A stretch of 64,000 bases of DNA from Macrostomum lignano (Eukaryota), in assembly GCA_002269645.1 (NCBI GenBank), contig NIVC01001509.1:1-64000 (forward strand), written 5' to 3'. A model generated the notes under the pieces. That model worked only from the letters and a program-made list of their open reading frames with translations. It was not told the DNA's origin and did not search any database. Made by a program: the position numbers and the translations under genes. Every line of letters begins with the position of its first letter. Within the stretch, counting starts at the first letter, position 1. Positions 11,706-23,758 of this stretch are shown piece after piece.

Positions 11706-13839
11706 AAGAAATAAACACGGAGACAGAAAGCACACATTTCCTTTGCAGGTGCAGAAAGTTGGTCAGAATCAACATCTTCTGTGACTATCGGTATATCGAA
11801 AAGTGGGTGTGTCGAAAATTTCATAATCGCTCTTAATCGCAGCATGCGCAGATTACGCCATATTTTGTTCTCCTCCTTGTAGGTCACCCAGAAGTGTCGA
11901 CAACTACAACGGAGTTGCCCGGTGTGCAAATTGGAAGCTCTAATTCTCAATGTTCAGGGCTCCAAACTAGATATTTTTTAGAAATAGCCTAATTCATAAA
12001 ACTAAAAAATTATGATTTTTTTCTCAAATTTTAGAAGATACTACTCACCAAGTTATTCACGAGAATAGTAAGAAGTACATATAAAGTATAGAGAAGAGAG
12101 TATAATTGTTGTCCTTTGTTTTAAACAGCGCGCAGTATTGTATTCGCACGAATTTTAGACGGGCAAAGCTTGTCTGGCGCGGCCGACGTCGGTTCAATGA
12201 AAGGAATTCCTGGAAAGACTGGTGAGGAGTGGCAGCGGCAGCAAGCATTTAAAATAGAAAAGAGCACCTTTTCTAGTACATGGTGTTGTTCATTCTTTCA
12301 GACGTAGTGAAGACGGTCAATCCAGACGGGTCCGTGACCTGGACTGAGTCTTCAGACTCGCAGGTGTTTGGCGGTAAGCTGTTAAAATGCATTTTATTCA
12401 ACTTCGTAACTTTGTAAACAATCGATCTATTTCAGCGAAGGAGGGGTGCAACTTTAACAGTGTTTTCGACTGTCATTTTTAGGAGCTCCGTAACCCAGCT
12501 ACCTGAGGCTGCTCGGGTAAGAATCCAAGGTACCAGATAGCTCTCGTTCTTGGACCGGCCCTTTAATGAAGCGCCCTCACTTCCTTAATATGAGCTCGCA
12601 TAGTCTGCCTTTACCGCAGCCACTGTTCACCTACAAGTGATACATCAACTTGATTATAACAAAACTACACACTACACATGGATTTTCAGATCGGCCGAAT
12701 TGGAATACTCGAATTCTTGATAATCAGACTAAACTGATTTGGTGTTGGAATATTTAAACTATTATTTTATTGCGTACATATACTTCTTAGCTTTTCTCAG
12801 AAACTTGCGAATAAAATTTCGACTTCCATTTTAATTTTGATAACAATAAAGTGCGAATAAAAAGATAAAAATCTGTTTTTTTGGTTTTAATTCCTTCCAG
12901 GCATCGTAACTTGTCGGTAGTTTTTTCGACTTATTTCTTTTTTGTGGAACTGCTGCTGTCATACATGCACATACATGTAAGATTAATATGCAATTTTTAC
13001 CACTATACAGCTACAGTCATTGGGACTACGACAAAGAGCAAACAGTTAAAGAGCAAAATTTCTCTTTTGCAAATTAATATTGGTACGCAATAATATACAT
13101 GTAATAATGCACGACGACTAATAATCTATATGCGCTTTTTATTACTTCTATTTAGCAACGACAAAATACAGTGTCAGTCAGTCAACAGACAACGTCACAG
13201 GGTGCGTTTCAAGGCCTCGGCGCGAACGTAGGCCGTATCGCCGGCAGTGTCCGGGGCGCCGCGGCATGTGCAGTGGCCCCCCTAGCTAATTGAAAACCCT
13301 GGGTACGCCATTGGTACATGCATGTATGTAGTAACGGGAAACGATTTCTGTAAGCAATTATAAACGCCTTTTACATCCCAAAACTTTTAAAGACTTAAAA
13401 AAACGACCGTATATAGCGTATTTACGGTTAGCTACAGCGATTTTATACGGGAATTTTCGGTAATAATTTACATGTATTCCCCAGGACACAGTCCATTTTA
13501 TTCGCTTCCTCTTTCTAATTCAATTCTCTTCCATTAGATTTTGACTCATACTCTCTTTTTGCAATAACAAATATAAAGTAAATATCTAGTATAGATCGAC
13601 TGGTGCGTGTCTCTGAGTGCGCTATTTGTGATATCGCAGCATACTGCTGTACATGTATCCGACGATTTCATCGACTTTTTCACCAGATTTACACTCTTCC
13701 TTGCTTTGCCCCCAATCTCATGCGATGTCGAAAAATTTAGCTACCAGCGAACCTACGCTTAAAGAAAGCGGATGTTCTGTACGGCGTAACGGCGAATTTT
13801 TATCGCGTGAAATATGTGCAGTTGTGCATGGCAATCTGT

Positions 13840-13853
13840 GTTGCCATGGAGAC
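13840..13853. promoter_or_regulatory. RFX X-box consensus
   Basis: GTTGCCATGGAGAC is a near-perfect X-box, with a half-site (gttgtgcatggcaat) ~20 bp upstream. It lies ~480 bp upstream of the POLDIP3 ATG. Confidence 0.45.
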
Positions 13854-14323
13854 ACTCTGCAGTCCATGGTATAAACAATTTGTTAAATGAATGTGGTTTA
13901 TTGCTTGTATTTTAATTTATGAATCTTTCTAGTAAGACTGCTTTATGAAAATGCACTATCTTAATATTTTAGCGACATAAAAACTCCCACTGAATAAAAA
14001 AATTGTTTTAGATTTTCAATTTTTTAAATGTAACAACAAATCTAATCTAGCTAGCCATGACTGCCAGCGTATTTAGTTTAAAAGCGGTAAGAATTCCATT
14101 TCCATCCCGTATCACATTAGTATTTATATAGGTAGAGCAATTTCTGCTATTTCTCCATTTTCAGTCATCAACCGTCCTCGTAAGTAAGTTATATTTCAAA
14201 GGAGCAACGCAAACTGCTTCGTTCCGAACATCTTCCAACAAGTATTAAAGCCAAAATAGCTAGCTGCTACTAATAGAATAATACTCGACTGTGCTCTACC
14301 ACAAAAATAAAAGCGAAATCAAA

Positions 14324-17300
14324 ATGGACGTCAGTTTGGATGATCTTATCAAGCAGAAAAAAGTGTCAATGTAAGCATTCTAATTATTAACTTTCCTTAT
14401 TATGCCTAGTATTATTTCCCTGTCGGGACTCTAGTCTAAGGTTAGGCCTACATTATATAATTTATATAATACATGCTATTAATTATTATACAATATGGTA
14501 ATAATTTGAATATATTATATGATATATAATTATATTATATTGATATATATAGGCCTATGGCTATATGACATGTAAAAATTGTAATATATTACTTATTAGT
14601 AGGCCTATTAGTATTATAGTTTGTTTTGGGTTGGCACCTAGTAAAATATGGAATCTGCAGCAGAATTGGAATGGAATAGCTCAGTAAAATGTGGAATCTG
14701 CAGCGAAATGGTAAAATGTGGAATGAGCAATGGAATCCAGTAACTTTAACTAAAATGCAAATGCAAAGTAGCTAGGCCTAAAGTGCATTATGATCTATTA
14801 TAGAATCTTATGCCAATAAAGCTTTCAAAATTTTACCAAACTATTATGATAATAATTTTCAACACCTATCAGCTATATTATTCACAAGAGAACCTATATT
14901 ACTACTTTGAGTAAGGTCCAATAGATTCTACTATTTCTAGTTCAGTTTGCCTCAATATAGAATCATATTAAAATTTCTTTATATATCCTTTTTATACAGT
15001 TACATTGCTATAGTGTAGGCAAAGCTATATATATTTAAAAATTAATTTTTTGATTCTTATATTTCACATTTTACTTTAAGTTAGTAGATTCTACAGTTGA
15101 TTCCGCATTTTACCATTCCACTACAGATTCCACATTTTACCATTCCACTGCGGATTCCATGTTTTATTGGATACCATTTAGGTCTAGGATATAAATAGGG
15201 CCTAACTTTGGTTGGCACTAGTGCAGGTTTGTTTATAACAATAAACATAACTATAAACCAGATAAAGAGTTTGTAGTTTAATATATGTATAGTTTTATAG
15301 ATTTGGTTAAAAAATTGGTAAAGAAATTTAAGACAGTAATTATTAGACACTACCCCTTGGGCCATAGATAACTCACAAGATAGACTTCTTTGCACATTAG
15401 CATTATTACTCAAATCATCAATTCAAATCCTTATAAAGCAAATAAGATAAATCAAATGAGATAGAAAAAAATAACTTTTTTCTTATTATTTAATATTTGT
15501 TTTTGTTTCATTCTGTTTAGTAAATTTGTATACTTTTTGTTTTAATTAATTTTAATTAAACTTCCTTTGATTGAAATTCAGCTTTACCTATATGCTAAAC
15601 CTAAATTTGGCCATTTTATATGCCAACCATATGCTGCAATTTTGGCCAAGAATTTTTATAAGAGATAGAATTATAAATAATAATTGTTACCCATTGAACT
15701 CAATTGAAAAGTCAGGGGTTCGGTTCTTGACCTACTTGGAACAAACTGTGTCCTTGACACTTAACTCTGCATTGCTTCAGTTCACCCAGCTGTAAAATGG
15801 GTGCCTGCATTAGCTGGGATAATTGAGGGTGTGTGGCAACCCCCCAGTTCTTGGACTTAGCAGTTGGTGGCACATCTGCCCATTAGAGAGGCATGGTGTA
15901 TTCAATTATTATTAAATGATTACAAAAATCGTCATAACCACCCAGGCCAAAGCGCAAGCCGGGTCAGCAGCAGCAAAAGAGGCAGCAGCAGCAGAAATCA
16001 GGCCCAATAATGAGACGGCAGCAGATTAGCGACGCCCGGGACCGGATTAGCAAGCTGCGCAAACAGCAGCTGCTTACTCAGGACGCCCGCGGTCGGATTC
16101 AACAGCGCAAGTTGTCGAATATCAAGGATGCCAGACAGTTGCTAATCGGCAAAGCTAAGCAGCAGAGGCAGCAGCCGCAGTTGCAGACTGTGAAGCGGCA
16201 GGCAGCCTCGGCTGGGCCACTCGTAGTACCAAAGAAGGTCGTTGCCAACGATCTCTACCGGCAGAGGCCGGCCCCGCCGCCGCAGCTGGAGTACGAGGAC
16301 GACAACAGCTATCGGCTGATGCCTGCTGGCGGCCAAGCGCCAAGGCCGCGCGGCGGCGGCGTCGGCGCTCGCGAGATCCCAGTCCACGTAACTCGGCAGC
16401 GACGCGACCGAAGCCGATCGCCAGTGCAGCGCCGCGCGCCTCCGCCTGCGCCGCCGATGCCGCTGCCTCCGGCAGCTTCGTCAGCCACTATCTTGCAGGC
16501 CTACAAAGTGTCTATTATGAATTTGCACCAGGGCGTTACTCGCGAGGATATCTACGAATTGTTCTCTAGTGTTGGACAGGTCAGCTTTTAATTACGAAAT
16601 TTTTGTCTCTAAATATCTCCCAATTTATCCCGAAAATCACCATGAGCCTGGCAATCATTCCGGACCTCATTTAGAATCCCTCGTGAGCAGAGCTTATATC
16701 TACCAAAACCACTGTGAGAATCTCTCATGACAGCCTTATAACCTTAATCCATCCCTAGAATCTCCCAAATCCATCCCTAGAATCTCCCCAATCCACACCT
16801 AGAATCTCCCCAATCCACCCTAGAATCTCCTGAATCCACACCCAGAATCTCCGAATCCATACCTAGAATCTCCCCAATCCACCCTAGAATCTCCCCAATC
16901 CACCCTAGAATCTCCTGAATCCACACCCAGAATCTCCGAATCCATACCTAGAATCTCCCCAATCCACCCTAGAATCTCCCCAATCCACCCTAGAATCTCC
17001 TGAATCCACACCCAGAATCTCCGAATCCATACCTAGAATCTCCCCAATCCACCCTAGAATCTCCCCAATCCACACCTAGAATCTCCCGAATCCACCCATA
17101 GAATCTCCCCAATCCACCAAATAGTCTCCCCAATCCACACCTATAATCTCCCCGATCCACCCTAGAATCTCCCCGATCCACCCTAGAATCTCCCCAATCC
17201 ACCATAGAATCTCCCCGATCCACCCTAGAATCTCCCCGATCCACCCTAGAATCTCCCCAATCCACCATAGAATCTCCCCGATCCACCCTAGAATCTCCCC

Positions 17301-18636
17301 AATCCACCCTAGAATCTCCCCAATCCACCATAGAATCTCCCCGATCCACCCCTAGAGTCTCCCCGATCCACCCTAGAATCTCCCTAATCCACCCCTAGAA
17401 TCTCCCCGATCCACCCCTAGAATCTCCCCGATCCACCCTAGAATCTCCCCGATCCACCCCTAGAATCTCCCCAATCCACCCCTATAATCTCCCCGATCCA
17501 CCCTAGAATCTCCCCGATCCACCCTTAGAATCTCCCCAATCCACCCTAGAGTCTCCCCGATCCATCCCTAGAATCTCCCCAATCCACCCTAGAATCTCCC
17601 CAATCCACCATAGAATCTCCCCAATCCACCCTAGAATCTCCCCGATCCACCCTTATAATCTCCCCGATCCACCCCTAGAGTCTCCCCGATCCACCCTAGA
17701 ATCTCCCTAATCCACCCCTAGAATCTCCCCGATCCACCCCTAGAATCTCCCCGATCCACCCTAGAATCTCCCCGATCCACCCTTAGAATCTCCCCAATCC
17801 ACCCTAGAGTCTCCCCGATCCATCCCTAGAATCTCCCCAATCCACCATAGAATCTCCCCAATCCACCATAGAATCTCCCCAATCCACCCTAGAATCTCCC
17901 CGATCCACCCTTATAATCTCCCCGATCCACCCTTATAATCTCCCCGATCCACCCTTATAATCTCCCCGATCCACCCTTATAATCTCCCCGATCCACCCTT
18001 ATAATCTCCCCGATCCACCCCTAGAATCTCCCCAATCCACCCTAGAATCTCCCCGATCCACCCTTATAATCTCCCCGATCCACCCTTATAATCTCCCCGA
18101 TCCACCCCTAGAATCTCCCCAATCCACCCCTAGAATCTCCCCAATCCACCCTAGAATCTCCCCAATCCACCCTTATAATCTCCCCGATCCACCCCTAGAA
18201 TCTCCCCAATCCATCCCTAGAATCTCCCCAATCCACCCTAGAGTCTCCAAGTGCGGTGCAGAAGCAAATGAACACTGTCAAAAGAACCGTGACCTAATAA
18301 ATCCTCTCCAACAATCGCCAGGTGAAAAAGTGCGTCCTACTGCACCCTGGCGCAGCCGAAGTGGTGTACCCGTCCAAAGAGGACGCCCTGTCCGCTATTC
18401 GTCGTTACGATCGTCGCGAACTGGACGGCATGCCGATGCAGCTTCGTCTGTCGGTGGTTGGCATCAAAATGCACGCCCCCAGCGCCGGTTCCAGGCCTGC
18501 TGTAAGCGGCGGCGGTGGCGGCGCTGCTATCGACGAGCGGGCGGTTCGTGCCGCTCTGTTTCGCTCGAGCGGCGGCGGCGGCGGCGACCATCGCGGCAGT
18601 GGCGGCAGGCCGGTGAATTTCAAGGTGTCGGTCTGA
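14324..18636 (+). CDS. POLDIP3: Polymerase delta-interacting protein 3 / SKAR (ALYREF-family RRM protein), 3 coding exons
   Basis: Exons 14324-14370 (MDVSLDDLIKQKK), 15946-16579 (three DAR motifs; RRM start NLHQGVTREDIYELFSSVG) and 18322-18636 (VKKCVLLHPGAAEVVY...LDGMPM...NFKVSV*). Phases join; matches POLDIP3 as recalled. Confidence 0.88.
15695..15912 (+). mobile_element. Second, 5'-truncated and internally deleted copy of the CORE-like SINE
   Basis: Shares ttgcttcagttcacccagctgtaaaatgggtgcc.gcattagctggg.taattgagggtgtgtg and the caattattatt tail with 10843-11141. Confidence 0.75.
16745..18250. repeat. Intronic minisatellite, ~19-21-bp unit
   Basis: (agaatctccccaatccaccct)n fills POLDIP3 intron 2. 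Confidence 0.95.
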
Positions 18637-18837
18637 TTACTGAATCATCAATGCTTTTGTAGGCTTGCATAGACTGGATGGATTTTGAATTTTGTCAAAC
18701 TAATTAGCCTCAACAAACACTCTAATTTTGTGTTTAAACTTGACTTTTCTACTCTGCCCCTGTCTTATTGTGTTGAAGGGCAGTATCAACTTTTTGGCAA
18801 GGTGCTCTTCATTGTTGAACCTGTTGGAGCTTTGTGA

Positions 18838-19003
18838 TGAGTAGCACCAGCAGTGTGAGCTATGTGATCATTAGCATCAGCAGTGAGAGCTATGTGATCA
18901 TTAGCATCAGCAGTGAGAGCTATGTGATCATTAGCATCAGCAGTGAGAGCTATGTGATCATTAGCATCAGCAGTGAGAGCTATGTGATCATTAGCATCAG
19001 CAG
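18838..19003. repeat. 30-bp minisatellite interrupted by the hAT element (continues 23109-23185)
   Basis: (cagcagtgagagctatgtgatcattagcat)n on both sides of the transposon. Confidence 0.95.
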
Positions 19004-19835
19004 CAGGGGCGTAGCGAGGGGGGTATCGGTGTATCGGCCGATACCCCCAAATTTCCAAAGCAAAAATTTTTTTATTTACTTTTTTTAGTTGCAAGTGACC
19101 GTTAAGGAAGAGAAAGGTATCCGAATCGATAGAATAACAATTAACAAACGAATAGAGTGATTATATGTAATAGTATCATTAATAGCTTGTATGCATTAGA
19201 AATACATTAAGGCCTAAGGGGATGTGTGGATCTCAAGTCATTTCATTGCTTTCTTTGTACTCGTATAACTTGGTCCTTGGACAACTATCAACTATCAACT
19301 CATTCTCCCAACCGACCAACCGACTATTAAGGGGTGAGGGGGGTGAGTGAATAACCGAGGGGTGGCCGGGTGGGACTGGGGCGTGGCCCGTGGGCAGTCT
19401 GCCAGCTGAGCCAGTGGAATCAGTGATGAACGATGGGGTGGGTTGCCTGGCCAGTTTTCGCTGCAAAATGCATTAGCTTCTGAATTGTTTGAAAGAAGTC
19501 TGTCTTGAATTAACTAGAAATTAAAATTCAGGGGCCAGGGGTGAAGGGTATATTATGTACAGAGGAGAGAACTAGAACTAGAAGGAAAGAAGGAGGAACT
19601 AAATAGGCATGTACATTAAGAAAGACTAAGATGAGCATCTACGTCTGCCTGCTGACCCCACCATCCTGAGAAGACTATAAAAAGGGGAAGGAATAAGGAA
19701 AGAATTAACTATAACCTCGCCTCCTCCAAGCCGTTTATTCTAAGGCCGTAAAGCCGTTTATTCTAAATCTAAGGCAGATTTTTTTATTTCTGGACTGCTA
19801 CTAAAGTCTGCAAAAGAGTTCATGTGGAATTCAAA

Positions 19836-22576
19836 ATGAGCAAGCGAAAATCTCATGGTCATGATATCCGCTCATTATTTGAGAACTTAAAGCGGTCCCG
19901 CCCTAACCCTGATCCTGCGCTACTGTCTACGCCTAGTTCTAGCACTACACAGCCAGATTCATCTATTGTGTCTTGTGACACTGCTACTGGCAGTTTGCCC
20001 GACTTGGCTACTCCGAATTCAGTTCCAACAGCTCCCGAGCAACAACTGCAAGCTACTATTACTTCTTCAAGTCAGTTTGACGAGTCTGATCTCCAACATC
20101 AAGCAGATGAAGCAGCTGCTGAGACTGAGATCAATGTCAATGACATCGGCTATGCTGTTGAGCTTCGTCGCGATGGAAAGCTGGATACAGCTACTCGACT
20201 GCGATTCCTTAAGGACTGTTGGGTGCCCCCACAAGGGTACTCATTCCCGTTCACGCTTAAATCTGATAAGGGCAATGTCCACAAGCGCTACTTGTCTCAC
20301 CAACATCTAACTGGTCGCAACGCATGCTTTGCGTATTCTGCTAAGCTCGGCGGCGTATTTTGCAAGTAAGTTAGAAGTTAATGTGAGTTTATTGATGTAT
20401 TGCTAAATTGTACTCTTGACATCTGGATCTGGTCTTGAGGTACATGTATGGACCACAGATACTAGAACAACTCTAGTATCTAGTATCTAGTATCTAGTGT
20501 TCTAGTATCTGTGGTATGGACTTAATGCTCACTCCTACCATTCTAACCATTTCTTTCTCCTTTAGGTATTGCGTTCTATTTCTTCCGACCAACTTTGCCA
20601 TCCATGGACAAACAGTCGATGCCTTTGTGGGAACTCCATGCACTAAGTTCGATGTCATCACAACAAAGCTGAAGAAACCTTTGCAATGTGACTACCACAG
20701 AAGTGACTCTGTGATCAAAGCCGATGCCCTGCTATCTGGAACGAATGTTGGCCACATGCTGGATGTCAGTCGCGCAAAGCTAGTGAAGGAAAATAGGGAA
20801 AGACTAAAACACGTAATTGAACCAATTGAATTTCTCGCTCGCTGTGGTCTGGCTTTTCGAGGACATCGTGACTGTGGACCTATAAAAGTTCATCCAGATG
20901 GAACTATTGACTATGATAAAGGGAACTTCGTCGCGCTTCTGCAGCTTCTCGCAAAACATGATCCTATTCTACGTGAACACATTTGCACTGGACCATCAAA
21001 TGCCAAATACACTTCCAGTGAATCACAGAATGAAATAATTCAGGCTCTGTCTGATGTTATCACCCAAGATTTAGTAAAAAAAATCAACAAAGCAGGCTAC
21101 TTTGCGCTGCTTGCAGATGAGACTACGGATTCTTCGCACAAAGAACAGATGTCCATCTGTGTTAGGTACCTCGACATCAGTGATGGAAGTGTAGCTATTC
21201 ACGAAGAGTTCATATACTTTGTTCACGTTGAAGATTTGACTGGTATCGGGCTTGCAACAAAGCTTCTCGAGATGCTCGATTCTCTCCATATTACAGCACA
21301 ACTTGTTGCTCAAGGCTATGATGGAGCTTCAGCCATGTCTGGCAAGTTCAATGGCGTTCAGGCAGTGATTCGCGAGCAGCTGGGAAGAAAACTAGCAATC
21401 TATGTGCACTGTGCTGCGCATAATCTAAACCTGTCCCTGCAGGATGCTTGTAAGCTAGATTCAGTTCGTGCCGCTATTACTGCTGTTAATACAGTCACAG
21501 TCTTCATTCGTTCATCACCGCAAAGAACAGCTCTGCTTGAAAAAAAAATCAAAGAGCTGGTTCCGGAGTCATCTGTGCATCAACTTCTACAGCACTGCAA
21601 GACCAGATGGGTTGAGAAGCAGGAGGCTTTCATCCGATTCAACCTGCTCTTCCCAGCAATCATTGAAACTCTAGAGAAGATCAGCACATGGGGAGGAGAG
21701 GCAGGCAGCAATGCTCGAAACAACCTCAAACTTTTGCTAGACAGCGAATATGTTATTGCAGGCCACATCATCGATGCCGTTCTCACCATCACCAAGCCAT
21801 TATCAGAGAAATTGCAGTGTGTAGATCTCGATCTTGTTGATTGTGTCAATGAAATTAAGGCTGTCATCGATGTTCTTCGAGATCTCCGCTCTGATGATGG
21901 CCATGTCCGTTACAATAAGATATTCGATTCTGCTGAGAAAGCACTCGGCGAGCCACTACAAAAGCCTCGAACCAGTGCCAGGTGTCGACAGAAGCATCGT
22001 GCCAACCCCGATGTCTCCACGGCACGTGATTACTTCCGCATAGCAATGTACAATCCATTCCTGGATGGGATAATTGCTACTCTTGAGGAGCGCTTCAGTT
22101 CTCATGCGCAGCTTGCATTCCAGATGGCACGACTGCTTCCTCAGAGTGTTGTTGACGAAAGTTTTGACAGCGTGAAGAAATCGATAGAAATTTACATCGG
22201 ACAGTTACGAGGATTAAGCTTTGTGGACGACATCGAGGCTGAATTCTTGCTATGGAAAAAGCGCTGGCAGAATGTCGATCAAAAGGACAGACCGCGAAGT
22301 GTGCTCGAGACGTTGGTAAATTCAGCTGTTAGCCTCCAGAGCTTTCCTAACATCCGGCTTCTACTACAAGTTCTGGCGACGATTCCCGTCACCACTGCAA
22401 CTGCTGAGCGATCATTCAGTCAGCTTCGTCCACTGAAGTCGTACCTACGTTCTACAATGGGACAGGAGCGACTGACAGGATTGGCCCAGCTTCTAATCCA
22501 CAAGGACATGAAGCTGGACATTGATAAAGTTATCGATCAGTTCGTACAGAATGGGTCTCGTAGAATTGATCTGTAA
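19836..22576 (+). CDS. hAT transposase (ZMYM1/THAP12-like: TTF Zn finger, DUF4371, hATC dimerisation domain), 2 exons, 846 aa
   Basis: Exons 19836-20365 and 20566-22576 splice to give GVFCK|YC. Motifs LADETTD, GYDGAS, HCAAHNLNL, TRW and TATAERSFSQLR. No stops or frameshifts. Confidence 0.92.
20454..20513. mobile_element. 60-bp MITE in the transposase intron
   Basis: 16-bp perfect TIR CACAGATACTAGAACA/TGTTCTAGTATCTGTG, flanked by the 8-bp direct repeat GTATGGAC (20446-20453 and 20514-20521). Confidence 0.8.
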
Positions 22577-23758
22577 GTACAAAGTTAAACTTTTAGACAG
22601 CAAGTTTTGATAGGCCTAGATTGAGTATGCGTAACATACATAACTAATCACAATACGAGTAGAAGATTACATGTACATTAAATGTAATAATATAGGAACA
22701 AAAACCAAACTAATACAATAAGAGCTTGCGCATACTATTATATTCTCTATTAATCAAAATGCTATAAGTGAGCTATACTTAGTATTCTACATTTCTACTT
22801 CTTGTATTGTCCCATATGATGTAAATGTGAAATTTGCTCTTTGATATTGAATAAATAAAATCAATATGGAAGGTTGGTCACTGCGTTATTTGCTTGGAAA
22901 AGTGTTGGTGATTTGATAGAAGTTGAAATAATTTCGTTTTTTCTTGCTTTACGAATATGAATTACGAGTATATACGCATATACAAATATGTACACTAGAA
23001 GTCGTTTCATGAATTAAGCCAAGCCGGAAAAATGCACATGTAATGAGTGAAAGTAGACTGATAACAGCTAACCGATACCCCCAAAAAAAAATCCTGGCTA
23101 CGCCCCTGATCAGCAGTGAGAGCTATGTGATCATTAGCATCAACAGTGATAGCTATGTGATCATTAGCATCGGCAGTGAGAGCTGTACGGTTTGAAGTTC
23201 TCGATCAAATGTTTTAGGCCGAGGCGGATTCTCGAACTCACTATTGATATTTTCGTTGAATGTTAAAGTACAAATTTAAATTTGTCCTTTCCGTTGTGTT
23301 TCCTAATGATGCTTATTATTATAATAATTACATTTACTAATAAATAATGTCCCCAACCAGACTGCATCTGATTTTTAGCCTAATTAGTAAGCATGCATGA
23401 ATGAACTTCTATTTGTGTACTTTAAAACTTCGTTATTGTATATTATTTAAAAGCATTTGTACTTTTTTAGTTCGGCTAATTACTTATTCTATAGTTAGCA
23501 AAATTATCTCTATCCTGTGTGTTTTTGTCTGTCTGTAACCGGCCTAATTAAAATAGAGTCTACCGTAGTTTGCGAAATCAAATTAATAAGTAAATAAAAT
23601 CTGTACTGCAATTTGTCTGGTTCCGAAATAAGGTTTCTCGTATAAAAGCCTGATAAATTTGTTTGATTATTTTTTATTTAGAACATATTCGTTGAACTTG
23701 GTAGACTTGAACAGGAACTAATTATCAGAGGGTTCACAGCTCTTCACTTACTTGAACT

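Larger units (their letters stand above)
4369..12482 (+). pseudogene. Secreted Arg/Lys-rich protein with two WSC domains; giant exon 2 disrupted (pseudogene, skipped exon or local consensus errors)
   Basis: Exon 1 4369-4459 encodes a signal peptide (MQVQSLLLLLVLCVGAATFAAGAS..., donor GTAAGT). Exon 2 4857-9376 is K/R-rich with -1 shifts near 5915-5920, 6073, 6534-6537, 8068-8095, 8713, 8830-8855 and 9345-9367, plus in-frame TGA at 5315, 6794 and 6827. Intact phase-1 exons follow: 9470-9517, 9603-9893, 10434-10721, 11267-11317, 11749-11790, 11883-11921, 12302-12373 and 12436-12482 (terminal exon less certain). Confidence 0.75.
19004..23108 (+). mobile_element. Full-length hAT DNA transposon (4,105 bp)
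   Basis: TIR CAGGGGCGTAGC at 19004 and its reverse complement ending at 23108. Perfect 8-bp TSD ATCAGCAG at 18996-19003 and 23109-23116. Encloses a transposase. Confidence 0.95.

Noticed and set aside
13200-13312. hAT-like terminus (ccctgggtacgccattg)
   Set aside because: Only one end visible; no partner TIR or TSD.
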